The notes beneath the pieces were generated by a model that made no database searches, was not told where the DNA came from, and saw only the letters and a list, made by a program, of their open reading frames with translations. From Opitutia bacterium (GTDB lineage: Bacteria; Verrucomicrobiota; Verrucomicrobiia; Opitutales; Seribacteraceae), in assembly GCA_002686835.1 (NCBI GenBank), contig NYYP01000011.1, forward strand, positions 15,751 through 79,750: a DNA stretch of 64,000 bases. The letters run 5' to 3'. The position numbers and the translations under genes are program-made. Numbering within the stretch: position 1 is the first letter of the stretch; every line of letters begins with the position of its first letter. Positions 48,220 through 56,702 of this stretch are shown here, piece after piece.

Positions 48220-49893
48220 TCAGGGAAGGGCAAGTTGGGGAGAGAATGTCTGCTCCCGCGGACAACCTACCTCATAAAGTTCACGGATGGCTTCTTCATC
48301 CCATGCAGAATCAAAAATTGCAAATTCATCAATACTTCCCTTTAGGGAAAGGTTAGGGTTTCGGTCGGGGAATGCTTGAAAATGACCCAGCAAACCCTTC
48401 CTTAATGAGATAGATTCGGCTTGGTTAATTTTTTCGCGACTAAACGATCGACCATTAATAAAATGGTTAACCCACTTATTATCTCCGTCAAAACTAGTCG
48501 CAAGATGCAACCACTTGCCCAGTCGATCAGGAGAGAAAGCCACTGCAGATTCGTACTTTTCAAAAATATTAGAAGTTTTAATCTCCAAAACCAACTTACC
48601 CGATCCATTAACTGCCCAACCCACAGCACCTTCGATGTGCGGCCGCGAAAATAACAACGGGGCTCCTTGTTGACTCAACGAATCTAAACGCAGCCAGGCA
48701 ACCAATGTCGCAGACTTGAGCGATTGATTAATATTTAAACAAACTCGGTCATTGTCTTGCGTGAACTGAAGTGCACTTTTACCTGGCCAACGACCTTCAG
48801 TCCACTTGCAACCAATCACTGCACCATCTCCATCACCATCATCTCTTTTTGTTTCGTCTTTTAAGACGCGGGACCATGAATCATGACCATCAAAACCATA
48901 GTATAATAAAGTATTGGGTGCCGAAGATAACTGGTGACTCTTTCTCAACCAGGCAGCCCGGCGTCTGTGTGCATTCTCAAGAGAACGAGAAGCTAAATCT
49001 GCACTGCCTGCAAAATTCCCGGAAGGCATATCCAAAGGTGTGAGCACTCCAAAAGAGTCCAGGTAGATGGCCTCCCCCCCAGACAACTCCTTTTTCACTT
49101 GATTCCCATTAAAATCAAATCCCTGGTAGCTTACTTTTCCGCGATAAACATAAACCTCTGCTGACCCTTCCGGGTGAACTTCCACTCCAAAATCAGTACC
49201 TAAATCGATTACTTTACCCATAGGTAGATCAACAGTAAAACCATGAGCAACTTTGGGCACATGGGCACGCAATTTCCCAAGTTCCACAGACAAACCATTT
49301 GCATGCAACAGATTTGTTTGCATGGGGCCTTCAAGAATAGCAGTAGCACCTTGCATAAATTCTAACTGTGCCATTCCTTTGGCAAAAGAAAACTCACCTG
49401 ACTGGATTGGGCTTCCATTGTCCGGATGATTGGAAGACCCAGCGTTCCACTTCAATCCAACTGACTTAGTTAAGACTGCAACTGTGGGTTTATCCAGCAG
49501 AGTGTAAATGTTGGGTGCATCATTCTTTGTTGAGGTGTTTTTTGCCACATCCTCATACTTTTCATCCGACCAAAATATTGGTGAAGGTAGTGTAAAATAA
49601 AGATAGGCACCAAATAACAACAATGCTGCCAAAGGCAGCCATGGCTGAAAAATCTGAATAATTGTACCTACACCTTTCGTTTCCTCTGCCTTTTCGTCAT
49701 CCGCTAGGATTTCATCCGCATAATAACCCAGACTTACCGACATATCTATGTAAGAGACATAGAACTTTCTGGCCTCAGCAGACTCGCTCAACCAATTTTC
49801 GAGACGTTTTTTCTGCTCATAGGACAAATTTTTCTCGACCAGACGATCAAGCAGTTCATTTAACTCAATTACATCTTTGTCACTTAGGCTCAT
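48220..49893 (-). CDS. FecR-LamG anti-sigma factor-like membrane protein
   Basis: N-terminal anti-sigma helix, one TM segment, VIDLGTDFGV (FecR) and GSIDEFAIF (LamG); follows the ECF sigma. Confidence 0.85.
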   Translation of the reverse strand: MSLSDKDVIELNELLDRLVEKNLSYEQKKRLENWLSESAEARKFYVSYIDMSVSLGYYADEILADDEKAEETKGVGTIIQIFQPWLPLAALLLFGAYLYFTLPSPIFWSDEKYEDVAKNTSTKNDAPNIYTLLDKPTVAVLTKSVGLKWNAGSSNHPDNGSPIQSGEFSFAKGMAQLEFMQGATAILEGPMQTNLLHANGLSVELGKLRAHVPKVAHGFTVDLPMGKVIDLGTDFGVEVHPEGSAEVYVYRGKVSYQGFDFNGNQVKKELSGGEAIYLDSFGVLTPLDMPSGNFAGSADLASRSLENAHRRRAAWLRKSHQLSSAPNTLLYYGFDGHDSWSRVLKDETKRDDGDGDGAVIGCKWTEGRWPGKSALQFTQDNDRVCLNINQSLKSATLVAWLRLDSLSQQGAPLLFSRPHIEGAVGWAVNGSGKLVLEIKTSNIFEKYESAVAFSPDRLGKWLHLATSFDGDNKWVNHFINGRSFSREKINQAESISLRKGLLGHFQAFPDRNPNLSLKGSIDEFAIFDSAWDEEAIRELYEVGCPREQTFSPQLALP

Positions 49894-49894
49894 T

Positions 49895-50425
49895 TCAAGG
49901 AGTTTCCGTAGTTATCTCCAAACTTACACAGTCATGTAAGGTTTTGCGGATACGGGTTAAGGCTTTGTATGCACCTTGAATCGTGCGTCCACAGGCTTGG
50001 GCAGCAGCTTTTACATTGTGCCCCGATTCATAACGAATCAGAACCATCCTGCGGTCCCGTTCATTTAATTTTTGCAAACATTTTGAGAGAGCACCGTGCC
50101 TAAAGTCCAATTCTTGCTCCATCTCCACCCTCGTCTGAGATATGACATCCAATACCTCCTCGTTGAAAATCACCTTAGAAGTGGCAAACTTTTTACGGGC
50201 CGCACGGACTTTCCAATATGCAATCTGACAAGCCCAAGAGTAAAAGTTAGTCCCCTGCTCAAAATCGGAAAACTTTTCACAGATAGTAAGGCTTGCTTCC
50301 TGCAAAATATCCTCAGCATCCGCCCTCGATGGCACCAAGGTCAAGATGTACCCAAACAATTTCCTTTGGTGCTTCATCATTAGCTGGACCAATTCTGATG
50401 AACGGTCTTGAGGAATTGAGCTCAT
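49895..50425 (-). CDS. ECF sigma-70 factor (PVC-type)
   Basis: DAEDILQE, FYSWACQIA and YKALTRIR motifs. Confidence 0.92.
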   Translation of the reverse strand: MSSIPQDRSSELVQLMMKHQRKLFGYILTLVPSRADAEDILQEASLTICEKFSDFEQGTNFYSWACQIAYWKVRAARKKFATSKVIFNEEVLDVISQTRVEMEQELDFRHGALSKCLQKLNERDRRMVLIRYESGHNVKAAAQACGRTIQGAYKALTRIRKTLHDCVSLEITTETP

Positions 50426-50443
50426 TGATGATGGGAATTTAAT

Positions 50444-51109
50444 TTAAGCAGCTTTGGCTGAAGTTGAGAGTTTCAAAGGTAGAAGCTCTTTGGTATCCGC
50501 AAAGTTTTCAAACCTGTCCAGGCCTCGACGAACCACTTCCTTTTTCGCCTTGATTAATGACTTGGAAGCCAGCTTGATTTTACGGACTTTGCTCCTTCCG
50601 GTCTTGGAGTCACAAAGCTCAGTCATCTTATAATATATAGTTCCGCCCGAAGATTGTATCAAACGATCGGTCAATTGCACCTCTTGCTTTCTTCTTTTGC
50701 GCAGACGTTTCACAGAAGCTGCAGGTGTTTTCGTATCCTCTCGTCCTAAATCCCCTCCTGCTTCTTTGATCAGACGGTCAATTGTTGGATCATCCAAATA
50801 TTTATTGCGAAGATCCGTGCAGACAAAACCTTGATCATAAACAACCTCTCCGCAGGGATCGTTAACAAACATCTTATTATGGGGATGTCCGAGTACTTTT
50901 TTGAGTGCTTTATTGTACCAGTCACTCGCTTTGGATACTGCCGTTCTGCGATTACACCCGAAGAAAGATTTTTGGGCGACGAAGATACGATCTGAGTTTA
51001 GACGAGCCTCGAGTAGGTATTTTGTTTCGTAAATTAACTCAAAATATTTTTCGTACGGAATAAGTAAAGTTACATCATACTTCTGAAAATCATTTAATTT
51101 CATCATCAT
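50444..51109 (-). CDS. Hypothetical basic protein
   Basis: 221-aa ORF ending 18 nt upstream of the ECF sigma; K/R-rich C-terminal half. Confidence 0.7.
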   Translation of the reverse strand: MMMKLNDFQKYDVTLLIPYEKYFELIYETKYLLEARLNSDRIFVAQKSFFGCNRRTAVSKASDWYNKALKKVLGHPHNKMFVNDPCGEVVYDQGFVCTDLRNKYLDDPTIDRLIKEAGGDLGREDTKTPAASVKRLRKRRKQEVQLTDRLIQSSGGTIYYKMTELCDSKTGRSKVRKIKLASKSLIKAKKEVVRRGLDRFENFADTKELLPLKLSTSAKAA

Positions 51110-51256
51110 AGTTTTTCCTTTCAGCGTTAATAATTCAATTTGTGGCTCTGTTTTTAGATATCCAAGAGCAATGAAATTTGGACAAAATTTACAAAAATAT
51201 TTATTTTAAACCCTCAAATGTCTGGATAATAAGTCCTAACTTCACTGAATAGCGAT

Positions 51257-52834
51257 TTATTGGAGTAACCGGGTAAGCGTTTTCTTAAGGTCTACATCCA
51301 AAAAGGGGGAGAAACCAACCGAAATATTCTGGATTACACCTTCTTGATCAATTAGCACTGTGTGGGGCATAGCCTTTACATCATAGATTTTAGAAACCTT
51401 TAAGCTCACATCTCGGGCAGTACTCAAATGTGCTGCATTGTTATCAGAAATGAATTCTTTAATGACATCCACCGGTTCATCATGATTAATAGCCAGTAGG
51501 ACTATTTCGGCTGAAGAAAAAGGTTCAAGTGCACGAATAATTAAGGGAAATGAACGTGTACTTGGCCCAGAACGAGTGGACCAAAAGTGCAAAATTACCA
51601 CCTTACCCCTATTATAACCCAGCTTAAAACTTCCTCCATCGATCAAAGGAATCTCAAAATCAGGTGCCACACTACCCCTTTTCTCAGCGCCTCTTTTGGG
51701 TTTCATAAAAACTGGAGGGGGAGGAGCCACGGCTGAAAGACTCAGGGCAATCATTTCTTCCAAGTCCTGATCATTGAGATCCAAGCTATATTCGATTCTA
51801 TGATCATGAAGGTTTGATTGGATCTTCTTAAGAGGAATAAATAGAGCACGGGCGTCACTGTCGTGAGAAAGGGCAACCCCTGCCATGCTCATATAAGAGT
51901 CCACCATTGAGTGTACTGCTCGCGCTGCGTCGGGGTGAGAAAAAATAAATGTCGATTTGGTGAATATACTGGACTCACGGAAACTGACACTCAAAGCAAC
52001 TTCTTCGATCCCGACAAGAATAGTAGCAAAGGGAGTGAAACGATCATCCCCATTTAGGTTTCTATCCAAAAATGCTTTAGGCAAACGGCAGTAAAATGAA
52101 ATTTGCCTATCATCTGGCATAGTTAACAGAACCTCGCTTAGCACTCTGTGAACGGTAAAATTTGCATCGCATAGACTGGTATCCGTACGGCACAAAGATA
52201 GAAATATTGTAGTACCCTTTTTTTCTACATTAATCTCAATTTGTAAGTTGGCACCTCCCCATCGAGCAAAGTTTATTAATGGGTGGTCATCCAATACATT
52301 AAGGGGAATCGAAAAGAAAAGACTGTCTTTATCCAAAACTGCTTTTTTGAGTAATCGATTGGTACCCTCTTGACCAAATTGTTTGGTAAACTCCATTTCC
52401 ATCCAATTAAAGAAGTCAAACAAATCTACAGGTTTGTCCATAATCAGATTCATATCGATATGAAACTCACCATCCTGATCATCTAGATGTCTTTGATACC
52501 CTAGTAATTCCTCAAGCCCAGAAATACTAAATTTGAAAGATATAAAACTCTCTTTTTCCAGACCTATGGGTTTAAATATTTTTACATAACTTCTATATTC
52601 ATTCTCTACTTCTTTGGCCCATTTTTTGAGATCGGGAAACTTTGTTTCGAACCAATGAACAATCCCACTTTCCTCGATCAACCGAGCATTAAGTTCGAAG
52701 ATTAGGTCTGTCTTTGGTTTCTCATTTCCATAACTCGTCCCTGCCAAAATAAAAAAACCAATAAAAACTTTGCACAATGCTAGGCGGGCAGTAAAAAACA
52801 AAAATTTATTCTTTATGGATGTATCGATATACAT
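51257..52834 (-). CDS. Membrane-anchored protein with C-terminal TlpA/redoxin-like domain lacking CxxC
   Basis: APDF...GKVVILHFWSTRSGPS and YDVKAMPHTVLIDQEG segments. Confidence 0.75.
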   Translation of the reverse strand: MYIDTSIKNKFLFFTARLALCKVFIGFFILAGTSYGNEKPKTDLIFELNARLIEESGIVHWFETKFPDLKKWAKEVENEYRSYVKIFKPIGLEKESFISFKFSISGLEELLGYQRHLDDQDGEFHIDMNLIMDKPVDLFDFFNWMEMEFTKQFGQEGTNRLLKKAVLDKDSLFFSIPLNVLDDHPLINFARWGGANLQIEINVEKKGTTIFLSLCRTDTSLCDANFTVHRVLSEVLLTMPDDRQISFYCRLPKAFLDRNLNGDDRFTPFATILVGIEEVALSVSFRESSIFTKSTFIFSHPDAARAVHSMVDSYMSMAGVALSHDSDARALFIPLKKIQSNLHDHRIEYSLDLNDQDLEEMIALSLSAVAPPPPVFMKPKRGAEKRGSVAPDFEIPLIDGGSFKLGYNRGKVVILHFWSTRSGPSTRSFPLIIRALEPFSSAEIVLLAINHDEPVDVIKEFISDNNAAHLSTARDVSLKVSKIYDVKAMPHTVLIDQEGVIQNISVGFSPFLDVDLKKTLTRLLQ

Positions 52835-53240
52835 TGGTTTCCCTCACATCAAAACCAACGGACTGGTAAAGCTTATTTGCAATTTCCCTACTCGGTCTGG
52901 AAGTAAGATCCAGGCTAACTGCACCGAATTTCTTTGATTCAGAAATGGCGTGTAAAGTGAGCAATTTGCCAACACCTTTACCCCTGGCTTCAGTTTTAAC
53001 CACCACATCTTCCACCCATGCCCTTACTCCGGTAGGAATTGGGAAAATGGCTAAACTTAGCATGCCAAGAATTGTGTGATTTTCTTCAGCAACATATAAA
53101 TGAGTTGTCGAGGAATTAATAATTTCAGCAAATTCAGTTTGCGTCATTGGTTCGGCAGACCCAGACAACTGAGGAATCAACAGATTCAATTGTTCCATAT
53201 CGGTTGCAAGGGGTTCCAAAACTTCTCTCACTAAAATCAT
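52806..53240 (-). CDS. GNAT acetyltransferase
   Basis: EDVVVxxEARGKGVG and LTSRPSRxxANxLY motifs. Confidence 0.9.
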   Translation of the reverse strand: MILVREVLEPLATDMEQLNLLIPQLSGSAEPMTQTEFAEIINSSTTHLYVAEENHTILGMLSLAIFPIPTGVRAWVEDVVVKTEARGKGVGKLLTLHAISESKKFGAVSLDLTSRPSREIANKLYQSVGFDVRETNVYRYIHKE

Positions 53241-53473
53241 GCTGGCTTAGGTTAGCCGAGAATTCAATGAAGACCAATTTAAAATCTCCCAGTCGCATTC
53301 TGTAATTCTTTGGGATTGCACAAATGTATTGAGAAGTTCAATGTTATCGATTTATTACACGCCTCGGCGATTGGAGGTACCCGAAGAACCACGCATTTTG
53401 CGATTGATTACTCGAGTAACCAAAAGGAGTCTTGTGTGCCTCAAAGTTATCATTCAAAAAGACAAATATAATT

Positions 53474-53719
53474 ATGGAAATCTATGTGGGAAACCTACCT
53501 TGGTCTGTAAGTGACCAGGATCTTGCTGACACGTTTAAAGAATTTGGAACAGTTGACCGTGCATCAGTCATCGTGGAGCGCCCATCGGGTCGATCCAAAG
53601 GCTTTGGCTTTGTAACAATGAACGACAACTCCGAGGCAAACAAAGCTATTGATGCTCTCAATGGTTCAGAATTGGGTGGACGCCCCCTCAAGGTCAACGA
53701 AGCCCGACCAAAAGAGTAG
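53474..53719 (+). CDS. RRM (RNP-1) RNA-binding protein
   Basis: IYVGNL (RNP2), KGFGFV (RNP1) and LKVNEARP motifs. Confidence 0.95.
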   Translation: MEIYVGNLPWSVSDQDLADTFKEFGTVDRASVIVERPSGRSKGFGFVTMNDNSEANKAIDALNGSELGGRPLKVNEARPKE

Positions 53720-53839
53720 ATTTTACTCAGGGGGTTCGCCCCTATCAAAAGAGCCTTTGAATTACTCATAGTCCCATTGCTTGGTCAAACTTGACTTTAT
53801 AATTTGCTTGCTGAACTTATTTCAGTAACAACATTGTAA

Positions 53840-55255
53840 ATGAGTACCACCTCTGACCTGTCTTTCCTTGAAAGTGTAAACGCAAGTTTTAACTTAGCAG
53901 CAGAAGCTTTGGATTTACCCAAAGGATTGGCTCGTCAAATTCGTACCTGCAACGCCGTGTGCGAAATGAAATTCGGGGTCGAACTTCATGGCGGTTACGA
54001 AATTTTCACTGGTTGGAGAGCAACCCACAGTGAACATGTGCTCCCTGCCAAGGGTGGGATACGTTATGCCCCGTTTGCAGATCAGCAAGAAGTGGAAGCA
54101 TTGGCCGCCTTAATGACCTACAAGTGCTCGATTGTAAATGTACCATTTGCAGGTTCCAAAGGTGCCCTTTGTATCAACCCCAAGAAATACTCGCTTGAAG
54201 AATTGGAACATATCACTCGCCGGTTTGCTCAAGAACTGGACAAACGGGGGTTGCTTGGACCAGGCATAAATGTACCTGCACCCGATATGGGAACTGGGCA
54301 GCGAATGATGTCATGGATAGCTGACGAATATCAAAAATTGCATCCTAATGAAATTAATGCCAAGGCATGTGTCACCGGCAAACCCGTTCACTTTGGGGGA
54401 GTACAAGGACGGGTTGAAGCCACTGGGCGAGGAGTACAATATGGAATTCAAGAATTCTTTCGACATCCGGAAGATGTTTCCAAAGCTAATCTTAGCGGTG
54501 GCTTAGAAGGCAAAAGAATAATCGTTCAGGGATTGGGGAATGTGGGATACCATGCCGCGAAGTTCCTGGAAGAAGAAGATGGGGCATTAATCCATGGCAT
54601 TATTGAAAGAGATGGTGCTATTATTTGTGATCAGGGGCTCCACACCGAGGATGTATATCAATTTAAACTGGAACACGGAAAACTGGAAGGGTTCCCTGAA
54701 GGTACTTTCATAAAGAATGGAAATGATGCTCTTGAATTGCCCTGCGACATTCTCATTCCAGCGGCAATGGAAGGGGTGATATCAATTGCGAACGCTGACC
54801 GTATTCAAGCAAAAGTAATCGCCGAAGCTGCAAATGGACCAATAACTTTCGACGCCGACAAAATTTTGCTGAATAAAGGAATTTTCGTTATCCCTGATAC
54901 TTACTTGAATGCCGGTGGAGTGACGGTCTCGTATTTCGAATGGTTAAAAAATTTATCACATGTTCGTTTTGGCAGAATGGATAGGAGGTTTATCGAAGCC
55001 CAGGGCGCAAAAATTATTAATTTATTGGATTCTGGAATAGAAAAGCCCTTGGATGAGTGCGCCAAAGCCGAGTTATTGAAAGGACCGGATGAAATCACCT
55101 TGGTTCGCTCAGGACTCCAAGACACCATGTGCGAAGCTTATCAGGAAATTAAAGAAATGCATGATTCCAACCCCAAGATTCGCGATCGAAGAACCGCTGC
55201 ATTCGCCTCAGCAATTCGTAAGATTGGTGACATATATGACAGCATGTATTTGTGA
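53840..55255 (+). CDS. gdhA: Glutamate dehydrogenase (Glu/Leu/Phe/Val family)
   Basis: KGGIRY, PAPDMGT, ATGRG, QGLGNVG and NAGGVTVSYFEW motifs. Confidence 0.9.
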   Translation: MSTTSDLSFLESVNASFNLAAEALDLPKGLARQIRTCNAVCEMKFGVELHGGYEIFTGWRATHSEHVLPAKGGIRYAPFADQQEVEALAALMTYKCSIVNVPFAGSKGALCINPKKYSLEELEHITRRFAQELDKRGLLGPGINVPAPDMGTGQRMMSWIADEYQKLHPNEINAKACVTGKPVHFGGVQGRVEATGRGVQYGIQEFFRHPEDVSKANLSGGLEGKRIIVQGLGNVGYHAAKFLEEEDGALIHGIIERDGAIICDQGLHTEDVYQFKLEHGKLEGFPEGTFIKNGNDALELPCDILIPAAMEGVISIANADRIQAKVIAEAANGPITFDADKILLNKGIFVIPDTYLNAGGVTVSYFEWLKNLSHVRFGRMDRRFIEAQGAKIINLLDSGIEKPLDECAKAELLKGPDEITLVRSGLQDTMCEAYQEIKEMHDSNPKIRDRRTAAFASAIRKIGDIYDSMYL

Positions 55256-55278
55256 GTAATGCTCTCTTCTCATGGTCT

Positions 55279-56646
55279 CTAGACAGACCGAACCTCCCAC
55301 CCTTGACGGTAAGGTTTGCTGACCAAACGGTTCACATCTTTTCTATTGGAAGAACACTGATCGGAGTTCCAGTCAAATGTGCCACCAGTTACTAATGAAA
55401 TATTGCCAAGCATACTGAGCTCGTTTACCCGAGATACTGCCTCAAAGTTCGCTAAAGCAAGCCCGGGCTTACCTGATCGAATAGCCCGTACTAATTCCTC
55501 TTTCATTCCTGCGTCTCCTCTGCCATTCCTTGCTAACTTAGAAGTTGGCCGTGCTAGCTCTTCTGGTGACAACCACTTTTCACCTAGGTGGACTTCCCAT
55601 TTGTTACCAAATAGGGAAGGAGAATAGAGTGACCCCCGGGAGCCCCGGATTATGCAACCGTTTGCCGAACGATCACGACCAAGAAAGAGATGAGCCGGGG
55701 GCAGGTTGTCTTTCCCGGTCGCCGTTTTACTTAAGTTTCCAATTCTACCTTCATACCAAAACAAAGGAATCAGGGCCTCACTTTCAGGACTTGTGAATTC
55801 ATATTTTACAATTCCCCAGGCTTGGTAGGTTTCCTCATTCACTGGGCCTTGCAATAAGCAATTAACCTTTTGAACATCTGACAAACCGCACCCCATAACC
55901 GGCAGATTCAAAAGATGAAGACCCACATCACCCAAAGCCCCGCTTCCAAATGCCCGCCAACCTCTCCAGTTATAAGGCTGATAAATTTTATGGTATGGTC
56001 TGCTTTCGGCAGGCCCGATAAAACAATCCCAATTTAAACCTTCAGGTACGGAATGAGTTTCGTCAGGGCGCTTGGTGATCAAAGGAGATTGGGGCCAGAT
56101 TGGTCGGTTTGTCCAGACATGAACTTCCTTAATTTCTCCAAGCTCACCAGCTTGCAAGTACTCAACACCCTGCCGAAACCTATCAGATGCCCAGCCTTGC
56201 ATTCCTACTTGAGTACAAATATTTGCCTTTCTTGCTCCTCTTACAAGCTGCTGCACTTCCCATACTGTATGTGCCAGTGGAGCTTGCACAAAAAGATGAA
56301 TCCCAAGATTCATCGCAAGCTGTGCAGCATGGGCATGAGTGTGATCTGGAGAACTTATTCCAAGTACATCAATCTTGTCGCCCATATGAGAGATCATTTT
56401 ACGGTAATCAGAAAATTTTGCGGCAAACGGGTAATCTCTTAAGGCGTAATTAATCTTTTTACTGGATATATCACATGCCGCTACCAAGTCCCCGTGACGA
56501 GCAAGTTGCTGCAAATCACTTCCTCCTTTCCCCCCAACTCCAATTGCAGCAACCCGCAATTTCTGGCTTGCGGCCAACTTCCCAGGATGTAGGCAAATGT
56601 AGGGAAATGTACCGCCAATTTTACCAAGAAAGGATCTTCTTCTCAT
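55279..56646 (-). CDS. Tat-exported Gfo/Idh/MocA oxidoreductase
   Basis: RRSFL twin-arginine signal; IGVGGKG, PDHTH and NWRGWxxFGSGALGD motifs. Confidence 0.9.
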   Translation of the reverse strand: MRRRSFLGKIGGTFPYICLHPGKLAASQKLRVAAIGVGGKGGSDLQQLARHGDLVAACDISSKKINYALRDYPFAAKFSDYRKMISHMGDKIDVLGISSPDHTHAHAAQLAMNLGIHLFVQAPLAHTVWEVQQLVRGARKANICTQVGMQGWASDRFRQGVEYLQAGELGEIKEVHVWTNRPIWPQSPLITKRPDETHSVPEGLNWDCFIGPAESRPYHKIYQPYNWRGWRAFGSGALGDVGLHLLNLPVMGCGLSDVQKVNCLLQGPVNEETYQAWGIVKYEFTSPESEALIPLFWYEGRIGNLSKTATGKDNLPPAHLFLGRDRSANGCIIRGSRGSLYSPSLFGNKWEVHLGEKWLSPEELARPTSKLARNGRGDAGMKEELVRAIRSGKPGLALANFEAVSRVNELSMLGNISLVTGGTFDWNSDQCSSNRKDVNRLVSKPYRQGWEVRSV

Positions 56647-56702
56647 TTAAGTTGAGTGTACGAATAAAAAGTCTTGGTTAACTGAGTTTTTTTGCGTCAC
56701 TT

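Noticed and set aside
53729-53760. AGGGG/CCCCT hairpin after the RRM gene
   Set aside because: The stem is short and lacks a U-tract, so it is not supportable as a terminator.
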